The notes: a model not told the origin generated them from the letters alone. Shown: positions 21,080 through 33,557, counted from the whole stretch's first letter. The stretch: DNA of 63,317 nt, filler included, from Octopus bimaculoides (GCF_001194135.2; 6 parts of 6 records of this genome joined end to end with filler, not necessarily neighbours in it), one strand, 5' to 3'. Numbers and translations are program-made.

Positions 21080-23140
21080 TATAAAATATAAATGATATAA
21101 AATATATCAGTGCCACGTTCTACCTTCATCTTCTTCAAAAGGTCTTTCATGCCTGGAAATAAAGGCCAAATTACTTAAACTCTCATTATTTTGTAAACAC
21201 CTCATATAATTACTCGCTTTAATGAAGAGAATGGTCTCTCACAGGAAGCAGATGTGGCTGGTATAGTCAGGATCATCATTTTACGTTTGTAATTTCTTGG
21301 ATGCTTGACATTTGCTTTGCAAAATCAGCAGCATAAACTGGTTTCAGCTCACATTTCAATCCATCCAAATCAAATATGTTTTTATAGATAGCCAAAGATG
21401 AAAATGCTTCCATTGGAATTTTTTTTAAAATTTTTTTTTTTTTTCATAATTGTGAAAAAGCTTCAGATTCAACGATTCAGCAAATCTGAATTCTCCTATT
21501 GTTTAAAATCTTTGTTCAACATAAATAATAGGCTTCATCCGAAATTCTGTTAAACAAAGTCCTTAAAACAGTGTCTGTTTCTCGATGTTGGCAATGGTTC
21601 TCTGATGGTTTAGCAACACCATCCAGAACCTGGCGGTAAAATTCCTCAAACTTGTTATTCTTGATATCAACTAATTGCTTTTTAAAGTTCCCAACCTCAT
21701 AAATACACCTCGAAATATCAAGTGAACATTTTTGAAGAATTAAAAGCAGAATCTCTGAGCCACTCAATATGGTTTCAAAAACCAATAATAAAAATTCAAA
21801 CTGAAAATCTTCTAGAATTGCCTGTGCTAATTCTTAAGCATTCTAATCTTCTGGATTTTCTAATATAATTGAAAATAGCTCAGAAAACGCAGTAAATTTG
21901 TTGGACAAAATGGATTCTTGTTAAGAAGAAGAATTCCGATGTGGCACAGGTAATTTTCAAAATTACCTTCCAACGGTTTCATCCGGTAGTGTTGTTCAAG
22001 CTGTCGACTTGGGAAAAAAGTTGTAATTCCTTTTAAAGTTTGGATGAAAATTCAACATTCACAAGTTTTAGAAGCTAATTGCAAGAGCATTAAATTAAGT
22101 GAATGTGCATAACAATGTACAGATATGATGTTTACACCAAAGATTTCCTTTATTCCTGCTTGCATGCCGTTCAAATGCCCAGCCATCATGTTTGCTCCAT
22201 CAAGTTTGTGCAATGAATTTTTGGCTATAACTGAATTCATTAACAAATTTTCGTGCTTCTTCTGTCAATGATACAGCTCTTCTGTCTTTGCTAACATTGA
22301 CATATCCCAAAATCCTTTCTTGAGGTTTTTCTTTCTCATCAACAAATTGCAAAACACATGACAATTGAAATCTCGTTCAATGATCCAGAGTCTCATGAAA
22401 CAAATGATGTTTCCATGATCATTGCCTTAATCTCACCTTCAATTGCGGCAGATATACAATTATCTCATTTTGAATATCACTTCAAGGTTCAGAAAATGTG
22501 CAATTGGCATTTTTCCTCATATAATTAGGATGCAATCTTAAACAAGAATCATATTCCTCTACTGCTTCACATTTAACCAGAAAATTCCTCTTATTGTTTG
22601 ATGTTCGATTCTTCTGGTTCATTATGTCCTTGAAATGCCAATTCTTGACAGGCCAAAATTTCAATACAATGAATTAACCTTTTCAATAGTTCACGATTTT
22701 TCTCGATCAATCTATTATGCAACTGAATCGAAGCTGCTTCCCAGTGATTGATTGCTGTATCAATCTGTTTTCAGCCAAAAGTTTTCAGAGCAATTATGGA
22801 ATTCGGATGATTTTCAGATTTTTTTGTATCGTATCAAAGCTGTAATCAAATTGTCCAAATCACAGTAGCCTTTAGTTGTCCATGCATTCTTATTTTGACA
22901 ATGTATCAGACATGGAGAACAACAATTTCTTCAAAGTGGGACATCCTGTCATCCTCTCGTACTGTTCATAATACTTAGAATCAAAATAATGATGACATTC
23001 CTTGCTGCCCACTTTGATTCTAATTTTCCTTTCAAACTTTGGCTTCTCTTTTCTGAGAATGATAATATTCTTCTTATCTGCAAAGAAAATTTTTGAGAAA
23101 AGTTTCAAGAAGAAACCATTCATCCGAACAATTGAATCGA
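21080..23140 (-). pseudogene. hAT transposase remnant (TTF-type Zn finger / ZMYM1-like group)
   Basis: Fragments DGANMMAGHLNG.QAGIKE...VHCYAHSLNL, an N-terminal YEQYERMTGCPTLKKL, and the hAT dimerisation motif TIPATSASCERPFSSLKRV. Many stops and frameshifts. Confidence 0.85.
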
Positions 23141-23675
23141 GCAATGATCCAGCTTAAAAAGGTCGGCCCCAACCCGAATGCCACAAGGACCAACACAAGA
23201 TACTGACGGTCAACCCTATCGAAAGCCTTAGATTGATCTAGATGGACCAGAGCCCCACTCTTGCCAGGAATTCTGTTAACCCTCTTTAAGATATAGCATA
23301 TAAGGTGGAGATTGTCGTGTATGGATCTGCCCAGAGTGGCACACATTTGTGCCTCCCCAACAATTCCACCCATGACACACGCCAACCTTTCTGCTAACAC
23401 CTTGGCCAAAATCTTCAGTTCTGTGTTAAGCAGAGTGATGGGCCGAAAATTGTCTACAAAGTCCCCCTTGATTGGGTCCTTTCTAAGCAGTGTCACCACT
23501 CTCTGGCTCACAGATCTGGGGATGGACCCATTCTGTTGCCAGTTCATGAAAACGCATGCCAGTAGGTACCTGAACAAGTCTGGTATACTATAACCCCTAG
23601 GGAAGACCATATAGCCCCAGCAACTTGTCCGTGCTGCAGTCTGCAAGAGCCTCCTCCACCTCCGCAGCTGTGATT
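23141..23675 (-). pseudogene. L1/Tx1-clade LINE reverse transcriptase fragment
   Basis: ITAAEVEEALADCSTDK..GL.GLP, then VVTLLRKD...DNFRPITLLNTELKILAKVLAERL...GRSIHDNLHL...LDQSKAFDRVDRQYL...AFGLGPTF. Confidence 0.9.
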
Positions 23676-24545
23676 GCAGAGTACTTGCTGGTGTATAATG
23701 CAGTATATAAACAGAACTTTCAGAAGTTGAAGCTCCTCCAACTTGGTCTGGATCCACCCTACCAAACCCGTCCTTACTCCTGCCATGTTTTTTTCCTCCA
23801 TCGACTGTAACACACACTGAAGCTTATAGTTTTGCAAAGTTTTCTGCACCTCTGTGAAAATATCTTCTCCAGTTGTTGTTCCATGTATACTGCAAACGGA
23901 TGCCATTTCTTCTATAATCTCAAAGTTGCAATTAACACCACGAATGAACACAAGAAGTTGTGACATACTAGAGAGACCAGTAGACTCATCCATTGCAAGA
24001 GAATACCACAAAAATTTCTTAGCTTTCTCATGTGTCTATAAATGTATATTCTCTCCAAGTTCTTCTATTCTCCACACTACTGAACTTGCTGAAAGGCTGA
24101 TGATACAGCCAAACATGTTGCGTTTTCAGGACATGAGTCATTTGCTTCTTCCATCATGCACTCTTTTATAAAGTTTCCGTCAGTAAATGGTTTTCCTCAC
24201 TCTGCCAAATTATTCATTATTTTGTAACTTACGCGAATGATCCATTCATTTCCAACGAACTTTTCCATAAAGAAATTCATTTGAGATTCCAAACTACGTT
24301 TCATAGATCCAAATTTCTCAGACCGCAACGTTCCAGAATATTAAGAATGTGTTGAGGGGATGTTTTGCTTTGTAGTGACGACGAATATTGTACTCTTTCA
24401 TAACAGCAACACTTTCATTGCATATCAGGCAACTAGCATTCTGGTTTGTTTCCACAAAGAAGTACTTTTCTCCCCGTTTCTTTATTGAAAATGCGACATT
24501 CATTATTAACCTTTTTCTTCTTAGCGATGGGTGAAGAAAAAACAA
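23676..24545 (-). pseudogene. hAT transposase remnant (Charlie/SPIN/GTF2IRD2-like group)
   Basis: KYFF......CLICNESVAVMKEYNIRRHY..KH, YSLAMDEST...SQLLVFIRGV, GTTTGEDIF and CIIHQQVLC. Confidence 0.88.
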
Positions 24546-24666
24546 AAACAATCCTAGGCCTCGGCATCAGATATTCTCATTTTCAATATAATCACTAATA
24601 ACTGACTAGCCCGAGGCACACGTGACGTACTGTAGCAATTATTATGGCTTGTGATGTGACTAGTGT

Positions 24667-25049
24667 TGTTGGCACTCCGTCGCTTATGACGTCGAGGATC
24701 CCAGTCTATCCGATCAACGGAACAGCCTGCTCGTGAAATTAACGTGCAAGTGGCTGAGCACTCCACAGACACGTGTACCCTTAACATAATTCTCGAGGAT
24801 ATTCAGCGTGACACAGTGTGACAAGGCTGACCCTTTGAATTACAGGCACAACAGAAACAGGAAGAAAGAGTGAGAGAAAGTTGTGGTGAAAGAGTACAGC
24901 AGGGTTCACCACCATCCCTTGCCGGAGCCTCGTGGAGCTTTAGGTGTTTTCGCTCAATAAACACTCACAACGCCCGGTCTGGGAATCGAAACCACGATCC
25001 TATGACTGCGAGTCCGCTGCCCTAACCACTGGGCCATTGTGCCTCCACT
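24667..25049 (-). mobile_element. Full-length tRNA(Arg)-like SINE with a 12-bp TSD (re-assembled a second time at 25901-26249)
   Basis: A box tggcccagtgg, B box ggtttcgattccc and a TCG-like anticodon loop. TSD tgtgactagtgt at 24655-24666 and 26250-26261. Confidence 0.88.
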
Positions 25050-26279
25050 GTGNNNNNNNNNNNNNNNNNNNNNNNNNNNNNNNNNNNNNNNNNNNNNNNN
25101 NNNNNNNNNNNNNNNNNNNNNNNNNNNNNNNNNNNNNNNNNNNNNNNNNNNNNNNNNNNNNNNNNNNNNNNNNNNNNNNNNNNNNNNNNNNNNNNNNNNN
25201 NNNNNNNNNNNNNNNNNNNNNNNNNNNNNNNNNNNNNNNNNNNNNNNNNNNNNNNNNNNNNNNNNNNNNNNNNNNNNNNNNNNNNNNNNNNNNNNNNNNN
25301 NNNNNNNNNNNNNNNNNNNNNNNNNNNNNNNNNNNNNNNNNNNNNNNNNNNNNNNNNNNNNNNNNNNNNNNNNNNNNNNNNNNNNNNNNNNNNNNNNNNN
25401 NNNNNNNNNNNNNNNNNNNNNNNNNNNNNNNNNNNNNNNNNNNNNNNNNNNNNNNNNNNNNNNNNNNNNNNNNNNNNNNNNNNNNNNNNNNNNNNNNNNN
25501 NNNNNNNNNNNNNNNNNNNNNNNNNNNNNNNNNNNNNNNNNNNNNNNNNNNNNNNNNNNNNNNNNNNNNNNNNNNNNNNNNNNNNNNNNNNNNNNNNNNN
25601 NNNNNNNNNNNNNNNNNNNNNNNNNNNNNNNNNNNNNNNNNNNNNNNNNNNNNNNNNNNNNNNNNNNNNNNNNNNNNNNNNNNNNNNNNNNNNNNNNNNN
25701 NNNNNNNNNNNNNNNNNNNNNNNNNNNNNNNNNNNNNNNNNNNNNNNNNNNNNNNNNNNNNNNNNNNNNNNNNNNNNNNNNNNNNNNNNNNNNNNNNNNN
25801 NNNNNNNNNNNNNNNNNNNNNNNNNNNNNNNNNNNNNNNNNNNNNNNNNNNNNNNNNNNNNNNNNNNNNNNNNNNNNNNNNNNNNNNNNNNNNNNNNNNN
25901 CCCAGTCTATCCGATCAACGGAACAGCCTGCTCGTGAAATTAACGTGCAAGTGGCTGAGCACTCCACAGACACGTGTACCCTTAACATAATTCTCGAGGA
26001 TATTCAGCGTGACACAGTGTGACAAGGCTGACCCTTTGAATTACAGGCACAACAGAAACAGGAAGAAAGAGTGAGAGAAAGTTGTGGTGAAAGAGTACAG
26101 CAGGGTTCACCACCATCCCTTGCCGGAGCCTCGTGGAGCTTTAGGTGTTTTCGCTCAATAAACACTCACAACGCCCGGTCTGGGAATCGAAACCACGATC
26201 CTATGACTGCGAGTCCGCTGCCCTAACCACTGGGCCATTGTGCCTCCACTGTGACTAGTGTATGAAGCAGTATAAAAGC

Positions 26280-26370
26280 ACGTTTATTTAATTCAGCATA
26301 TGGCGGTGGGCCGGACAAATTGACGTCATGGGCCGGATCCGGCCCGCAAGCCGTAATTTGGTGACCCATG
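26280..26370 (-). mobile_element. Terminal region of the Charlie/SPIN-like hAT element
   Basis: gggccggatccggcccgcaagccgtaatttggtgacccatg resembles Charlie-type hAT ends (...ggcccgcgggccgtagtttg..cacccctg). Confidence 0.6.
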
Positions 26371-26689
26371 TTCTAGATACACAGTGTCCAAAATAAAAGA
26401 TGCGATGGTCATGGTTGGCTTGACTTTGGTCATAGAGCAACAACACCATATTCATTGATAGCAATAATTGATATTTAAAGAACTATTGAACAAACAACAT
26501 GCAAAAAATTTCTTTATCTGTAGATTCACCCCTTCTTCCCAATGCTACAATAATTTCCAAATCTCCATTCTCTGCTGTTGTTGTACATTGGTCTGTTCTT
26601 GGATATGCTTCAGTGCCACATCAGTTTTTCTATGTAAAGTTATCTAACCTTTTTTCCATTTCTGGAGGAAAAGGGACACTAAATGATCC

Positions 26690-27040
26690 TCATATCACCT
26701 TTTCTTACAGCACAATGAAAGCAGAGAGAGAGAAAGAAAGACCTTTTATTACAGCACAATGAAAGCAAAGAGAGAGAGAGAGAGAGAAAGAAAGACCTTT
26801 TATTACAGCACAATGAAACCAGAGAGAGAGAGAGAAAAAGAAAGAACTTACAGCACAATGAAAGCAGAGAGAGAGAGACAGAGAGAAAGAAAGAACTTTT
26901 CTTACAGTACCATGAAAGCAGAGAGAGACAGAGAAAGTAAGAGAGAGAGAGAGAGAGAGACAGAGAAAGAAAGAGAGATAGAGAGACAGAGAAAGAAAGA
27001 CCTTTTCTTACAGTACAATGAAAACAGAGAGAGAAAGAAA
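26690..27040. repeat. Compound minisatellite (tt.ttacagcacaatgaaagc + (AG)n/(AAAG)n units)
   Basis: About six repeats of ttacagcacaatgaaa-like anchors separated by GA microsatellites. Confidence 0.85.
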
Positions 27041-27315
27041 TAATCAAGTTCAGTACTCAATTTCTACATTATTTACTAATCCAGTGGGATGAAAGATAAT
27101 GCTGATCTCTGCAGTATTTGAACCCAGAAAACATGACACTTTGCCATTTGGCTGCTCTTCCTCACCGAATAAAAACTGAATTTATTTCTATGCTGGAAAA
27201 TAACTTTGTTTTTATCACCTCTGAATAAATATTCACCTCCACCACCACCACCACCACCACCACCACAACAACAACGTGGTCAATCGTTAAAACACTGTAT
27301 TACATGCGTATAAGA

Positions 27316-27520
27316 AGGGATGACCACTAGGTGGACATCCGATATGCTAGAAAGAGGTCATCAACGACCCAACCACAAAGAAAAATAATGTTCTCCAGAA
27401 AAATTCAGCAAACACCAGAGCGTGGCGAACAAAACTTCTGGAGAACATTATTTTTCTTTGTGGTTGGGTCGCTGATGACCTCTTTCTAGCATATTGGACG
27501 TCCACATAGTGGTCATCCCT
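27316..27520. repeat. Near-perfect hairpin with 85-bp arms and a 35-nt loop
   Basis: 27316-27400 versus the reverse complement of 27436-27520 shows 4 mismatches. Confidence 0.92.
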
Positions 27521-27770
27521 GGCTTTAAATTGAATTTATTATTCAGTTTATCACCCTCAGTATATAAAGTTAAAACACTGTAAATAGCTTTTAATAAATC
27601 TTTATGAGAAAGTTTACTTGTTTNNNNNNNNNNNNNNNNNNNNNNNNNNNNNNNNNNNNNNNNNNNNNNNNNNNNNNNNNNNNNNNNNNNNNNNNNNNNN
27701 NNNNNNNNNNNNNNNNNNNNNNNNNNNNNNNNNNNNNNNNNNNNNNNNNNNNNNNNNNNNNNNNNNNNNC

Positions 27771-28078
27771 AGGGGATGGTGGCGAACCCTGCTGTATTCT
27801 TTCACCACAACTTTCTCTCACTCTTTCTTCCTGTTTCTGTTGTGCCTGTAATTCAAAGGGGCCAGCCTTGTCACACTGTGTCACGCTGAATATCTCCGAG
27901 AACTACGTTAAGAGTACACGTGTGTGTGTGTGTGTGGAGTGCTCAGCCACTTGCACGTTAATTTCACGAGCAGGCTGGAGCTTTAGGTGTTTTCGCTCGA
28001 TAAACACTCACAATGCCCGGTCTGGGGATCGAAACCGCGAGTCCGCTGCCCTAACCACTGGGCCATTGCGCCTCCACC
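27771..28078. mobile_element. Rearranged tRNA(Arg)-like SINE with + body fused to - head
   Basis: The orientation switches at 27976/27977 (...gagcaggct|ggagctttagg...). Confidence 0.85.
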
Positions 28079-28354
28079 CGCCTTTGCTAAAGCGGAGGTA
28101 ATGATCAGGATTTAGAGGGGAACAACTCCGTATAGATTAATCTCTTTGCCAGGGAAGTAACTCTTTAATATTTATTTATTTATTTTTTTTGCAAGTTAAA
28201 ATTTTGGGGATGGCAAGTTTTGTTCGCGACGACAATTCTACATGACAATAGAACTCCCACTGAGGACCTGAGGCTGTTGCAAAAGATGCAGCATCGCAGA
28301 CCAGAGAAGCAGTGCCTACAGCTCCATAAAAGTTAGAAGTGTGGAAAGACTTTG

Positions 28355-28940
28355 TTAACGATACTCCAAGTTGTGCCTGTCACAACTCCAAAATGAAACA
28401 TTCCCTATATATATATATATATATATAAAAGCAAATAGTAAATGAGTATATGCATATATACGTACAGGTATGTGCATACCGACATCCACCTGTATGTATA
28501 GGTGCATATCTGGGTACAGGACATTGCAAACAAAACGTAAACGAGAAAACACACAAGCCACATAGAGAACATTCTCCTTCATCAGCTACCCCCGTTTTAA
28601 CACCGGCGTTTCGAAGAGCTAGGTAAGACGCATCGTTAAAACGGCTCTTCCCATGGATCGCAAATTAAATTTGTATACACAAATTAAACCTTGCCATGGA
28701 GGAATGTAGTGGCGGACAAAAAACAAGACAGGAAAACAAACAGAAAAGGCTATACGGCCAGACGGGAAAAAATATGTGCGTATGAACGCTGTGAGGCACG
28801 AACTTGAAAGTGGGGACGAAGTAAGTTCGCGTGTTTGCTCGGCGATATACAAGCGTTTCGTTCATAAAGTACGGCTCCGTAACTTAACAAATCGGCAAAA
28901 GAAACGACAGAACTCGGAACTGTGTAGTTGAGAAGCAAGC
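28355..28940 (-). mobile_element. Second copy of the possible Penelope-like repeat
   Basis: Shares a long block with 13600-13990. Confidence 0.5.
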
Positions 28941-29362
28941 TTCTAACTATGCAGTCGCGTACAGATTATAGTTTCATTGTTATTGCAAAGTTGAAATATA
29001 ACTACAGAGGATGCTCTTATGGTCAAAGACATTCGACCCACGGTAACCCAGTCCGAATCTCGGTTACTGTATATCCAAGACTACATTACTCGTGTTTTTA
29101 CGTCTGTTTTAAAGAATGTAATACGCAATTTAAGATAGATTTGACGGCTATTTCTAGCATTTTGAGCTGACCACATACAATCTCTTGCAGCTGGCAACAG
29201 TGATGGTGTTGGTGATGAGCCAACTCATAGTAATAGCGGTGGTGGTGAAGACGGTGCTGATGTAGCTTTGCCCAGATCAACTCTGATGAAAGGCTTTCCA
29301 GTCGTGACCTTCTCGTCTTCTTTTTTTGTTGTTGTTATGATTGAGGGGACGCTTATGGTGCA

Positions 29363-29364
<2 letters not shown>

Positions 29365-29450
<86 letters not shown>

Positions 29451-29460
29451 ACTACTACTA
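29365..29460. repeat. Compound (TAC)n/(TGC)n microsatellite
   Basis: Direct reading. Similar compound triplet tracts lie at about 35708-36035, 49570-50010, 50505-50635 and 55517-55618. Confidence 0.95.
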
Positions 29461-29679
29461 CAAGTATGTATGCATGTGTGAATGTATGTATTTTTGCATG
29501 TGTATGTGCATGTGTGCGTGTATGTTTGTGTGTGTGTATGTATATATGTACGCATGTGTGTATGTATGTATGTGCGTGGATATATGTAAATATGTGTGTG
29601 TCTATGTATGTGTTTGTATGTATGTGTGTATGTATGCATGTGTGTATGTTGTAGTAGTAGAATACATGTAAAAAAGTTT

Positions 29680-29870
29680 AAAGGTCCTATCCGAGCCACG
29701 GGGTCATAAGCCCCATTGGACGGGACACCGGCCCCGTCGCAGGACAATTCTCTTTTTTTTGCCAGTTGAGTGAACTGGAACGACGTGGAATGAAGTGTCT
29801 TGCTCAAGGCTACAGTGCACCGCCCTGTCCAGGAATCGAAACCACCATCGACGCCCCTCCACACTGCCAT
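29680..29870 (-). mobile_element. CORE-type SINE remnant with another distinct tail
   Basis: + strand ccagttgagtgaactggaacgacgtggaatgaagtgtcttgctcaagg (CORE-like) next to the B-box-like ccaggaatcgaaacc. Confidence 0.65.
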
Positions 29871-30588
29871 GCATACTATTATCTTATATTTTATCTCTAT
29901 AGGTCATTTAACTGCGGTCATGCTGGAGCATCGCCTTGAAAAATTTTTAGTAGAATGAATCGACCCCCCCCCCAATTTTTTTCTTGTTTAAAGCCTGGTA
30001 CTTGTTCTAGCGATCTCTTATGTCGAACGGCTCAGTCGCGGAAACGTAAACACTCTAACACCGGTTGTCAAGAGATAGTGGTGAGGAGACAAATACAGAT
30101 ATACACGCGATAGGCTTCTTTCAGTTTCCGTCTACCAAATCTGATCGCAAGGCTTTGGTCGGCGCGCTGACGCATGAGTAAGTATCAGGTTCAGAAAGTA
30201 ATGAAGTGTAGGGGTCGATGTGATGCGCTAGAACCCTTTACGACGGTGCTACAGCATGGCCGCAGCTCAGTGACTGAAACAAGTAAACGAGTACGATATA
30301 TAGATGTATGTACGTATGCATGATGTATGTTCATACATACACACACACAGACACGCATGCATACATACATACAAACACACATGCATGTATAATATACACA
30401 TGCGTACATATATACATACACACACACATACATACACGTACACATTCACACATGCATACATACACACATACATACAAACACATACATAACATAGACACAC
30501 ATACTTACATACAACCACGCACATACATACATACATGCATATATACATACATGCATGCATACATACATTACATACATACATACATACA

Positions 30589-30623
<35 letters not shown>

Positions 30624-30693
30624 CATACACTGCGTACGTCATTCTGACTTGTTGCTTTTCCCGTTTTGTTCTCATTTTTGATTCGAATATATA

Positions 30694-30740
<47 letters not shown>

Positions 30741-30840
30741 NNNNNNNNNNNNNNNNNNNNNNNNNNNNNNNNNNNNNNNNNNNNTTAATTAATTAANNNN
30801 NNNNNNNNNNNNNNNNNNNNNNNNNNNNNNNNNNNNNNNN
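30741..30840. other. Artificial 100-bp scaffold spacer N44-TTAATTAATTAA-N44 (also at 38656, 44490, 58131 and 61587)
   Basis: Identical geometry five times. TTAATTAATTAA gives stop codons in all six frames. Confidence 0.93.
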
Positions 30841-31421
30841 TGACGACGACGATGATGATGATGATGATGACGACGACAACGACGACGCTGGAAAATATAT
30901 TTATAACGATGGGATGTAAGGAGAGAGCGATAACTATGGTTTTATGGACGCCCTTTCTTAACTGGTGATTAACCCTGCTTAAAATCAGACTCTCATTAAA
31001 CATCCAGCTGACGTGATACCGTCTAGATGAGAGGTCATATTATCTCTGAATATCCATACATATTAACCTGCACCTGTACATGCGTGTGCCTGTGCGTGTG
31101 TACATAGAGAAATACAGGTAAATATATATGTGCGTTTATGGATGCATGTATGTGTATATATGTATGTATATATATGTATGGATGTGGTCATGTGCATTTG
31201 CGCATGTGATGATGACATTGAGCTAAAAGAAGCAGAAGCTATCACTGGAGCAGCTAACCGCTTTTGATTTAAGATGCAATAAAACTAATTAAGGTACAAC
31301 TGTTAAAAGAGAGCAGTTGTAACAGGTTTACTGGCCTTCTGCCACTCTTTGGCGAGGAGAACTGAACTGCTGATAGTAAATCAGGAAAAACGATAGCATG
31401 ATATACATACATACATACATG

Positions 31422-31477
<56 letters not shown>

Positions 31478-32363
31478 NNNNNNNNNNNNNNNNNNNNNNN
31501 NNNNNNNNNNNNNNNNNNNNNNNNNNNNNNNNNNNNNNNNNNNNNNNNNNNNNNNNNNNNNNNNNNNNNNNNNNNNNNNNNNNNNNNNNNNNNNNNNNNN
31601 NNNNNNNNNNNNNNNNNNNNNNNNNNNNNNNNNNNNNNNNNNNNNNNNNNNNNNNNNNNNNNNNNNNNNNNNNNNNNNNNNNNNNNNNNNNNNNNNNNNN
31701 NNNNNNNNNNNNNNNNNNNNNNNNNNNNNNNNNNNNNNNNNNNNNNNNNNNNNNNNNNNNNNNNNNNNNNNNNNNNNNNNNNNNNNNNNNNNNNNNNNNN
31801 NNNNNNNNNNNNNNNNNNNNNNNNNNNNNNNNNNNNNNNNNNNNNNNNNNNNNNNNNNNNNNNNNNNNNNNNNNNNNNNNNNNNNNNNNNNNNNNNNNNN
31901 NNNNNNNNNNNNNNNNNNNNNNNNNNNNNNNNNNNNNNNNNNNNNNNNNNNNNNNNNNNNNNNNNNNNNNNNNNNNNNNNNNNNNNNNNNNNNNNNNNNN
32001 NNNNNNNNNNNNNNNNNNNNNNNNNNNNNNNNNNNNNNNNNNNNNNNNNNNNNNNNNNNNNNNNNNNNNNNNNNNNNNNNNNNNNNNNNNNNNNNNNNNN
32101 NNNNNNNNNNNNNNNNNNNNNNNNNNNNNNNNNNNNNNNNNNNNNNNNNNNNNNNNNNNNNNNNNNNNNNNNNNNNNNNNNNNNNNNNNNNNNNNNNNNN
32201 NNNNNNNNNNNNNNNNNNNNNNNNNNNNNNNNNNNNNNNNNNNNNNNNNNNNNNNNNNNNNNNNNNNNNNNNNNNNNNNNNNNNNNNNNNNNNNNNNNNN
32301 NNNNNNNNNNNNNNNNNNNNNNNNNNNNNNNNNNNNNNNNNNNNNNNNNNNNNNNNNNNNNNN

Positions 32364-32405
<42 letters not shown>

Positions 32406-32470
32406 CTGCATGCATGTATGTATGTATGTATGTATGTATGTATGTATGTATGTATGTGTAAGTAGTTTAC

Positions 32471-32679
32471 ATCGGTTTATCGGTTATTTTTGAAGATACA
32501 GTTGTGTAGCTGTGTGATTCTGTGTGCGTGTGTGAACGCAAATTACTATTGGATTTCTGTACCCGATACCCTTTATAGTTATGCTCCAATGCACACAAAA
32601 CATTTACCTCGAAATATCTCGGGCATGAAAAGAATATAACCAGCAACATAATGCAGTAAGCGACCTCATGCAGGGACAT
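32471..32679 (-). CDS. Candidate first coding exon of an unidentified secreted or membrane protein (minus strand)
   Basis: Acceptor cccacag|gctctcatATG, then MSLHEVAYCIMLLVIFFSCPRYFEVNVLCALEHNYKGYRVQKSNSN...KITDKP, ending at the donor AT|gtaaac. The N-terminus is hydrophobic like a signal peptide. No homology recognised. Confidence 0.35.
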
Positions 32680-32977
32680 ATGAGAGCCTGTGGGTTTCAG
32701 ACGTTATATAATGAACTCCCAAAACACACATACAGTTATATATATATATATATATATATGTACACACACACATATATATATATACACACACACATATGTA
32801 TATACATATGTCTATATATGCATGTATGTATGTATATATTATACATATATATATATATTATATATATGTTAAAAATATCTATGTATTATATATATAATAT
32901 ATATTATATATATACATATGCATATATATATTATACATACGTTATATATATCTTCTCCATTTTCTAATTGCTATATA

Positions 32978-33008
<31 letters not shown>

Positions 33009-33517
33009 NNNNNNNNNNNNNNNNNNNNNNNNNNNNNNNNNNNNNNNNNNNNNNNNNNNNNNNNNNNNNNNNNNNNNNNNNNNNNNNNNNNNNNNNNNNN
33101 NNNNNNNNNNNNNNNNNNNNNNNNNNNNNNNNNNNNNNNNNNNNNNNNNNNNNNNNNNNNNNNNNNNNNNNNNNNNNNNNNNNNNNNNNNNNNNNNNNNN
33201 NNNNNNNNNNNNNNNNNNNNNNNNNNNNNNNNNNNNNNNNNNNNNNNNNNNNNNNNNNNNNNNNNNNNNNNNNNNNNNNNNNNNNNNNNNNNNNNNNNNN
33301 NNNNNNNNNNNNNNNNNNNNNNNNNNNNNNNNNNNNNNNNNNNNNNNNNATATATATGTATGTATATACATACATAAATAGATAGAGAGAGATAGATATG
33401 TATATATATATATTTATATGTACGTATAAATACGTCAAATGCTTACATATATATATATATAAATATATAAACGTATGAATGTATGAACTATATATGTTTA
33501 TGTATATATACATATAA

Positions 33518-33557
<40 letters not shown>

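Noticed and set aside
23074-23817. 247-aa ORF as a functional gene or active RT
   Set aside because: It is an out-of-frame hAT piece plus a frameshifted, doubly truncated RT fragment plus a hAT start, and I see no catalytic YADD region.
24975-25049. tRNA-Arg gene (and tRNA-like heads at 44186, 51297 and elsewhere)
   Set aside because: A and B boxes are present, but no complete acceptor stem or poly-T terminator is evident and each runs into a multicopy SINE body.
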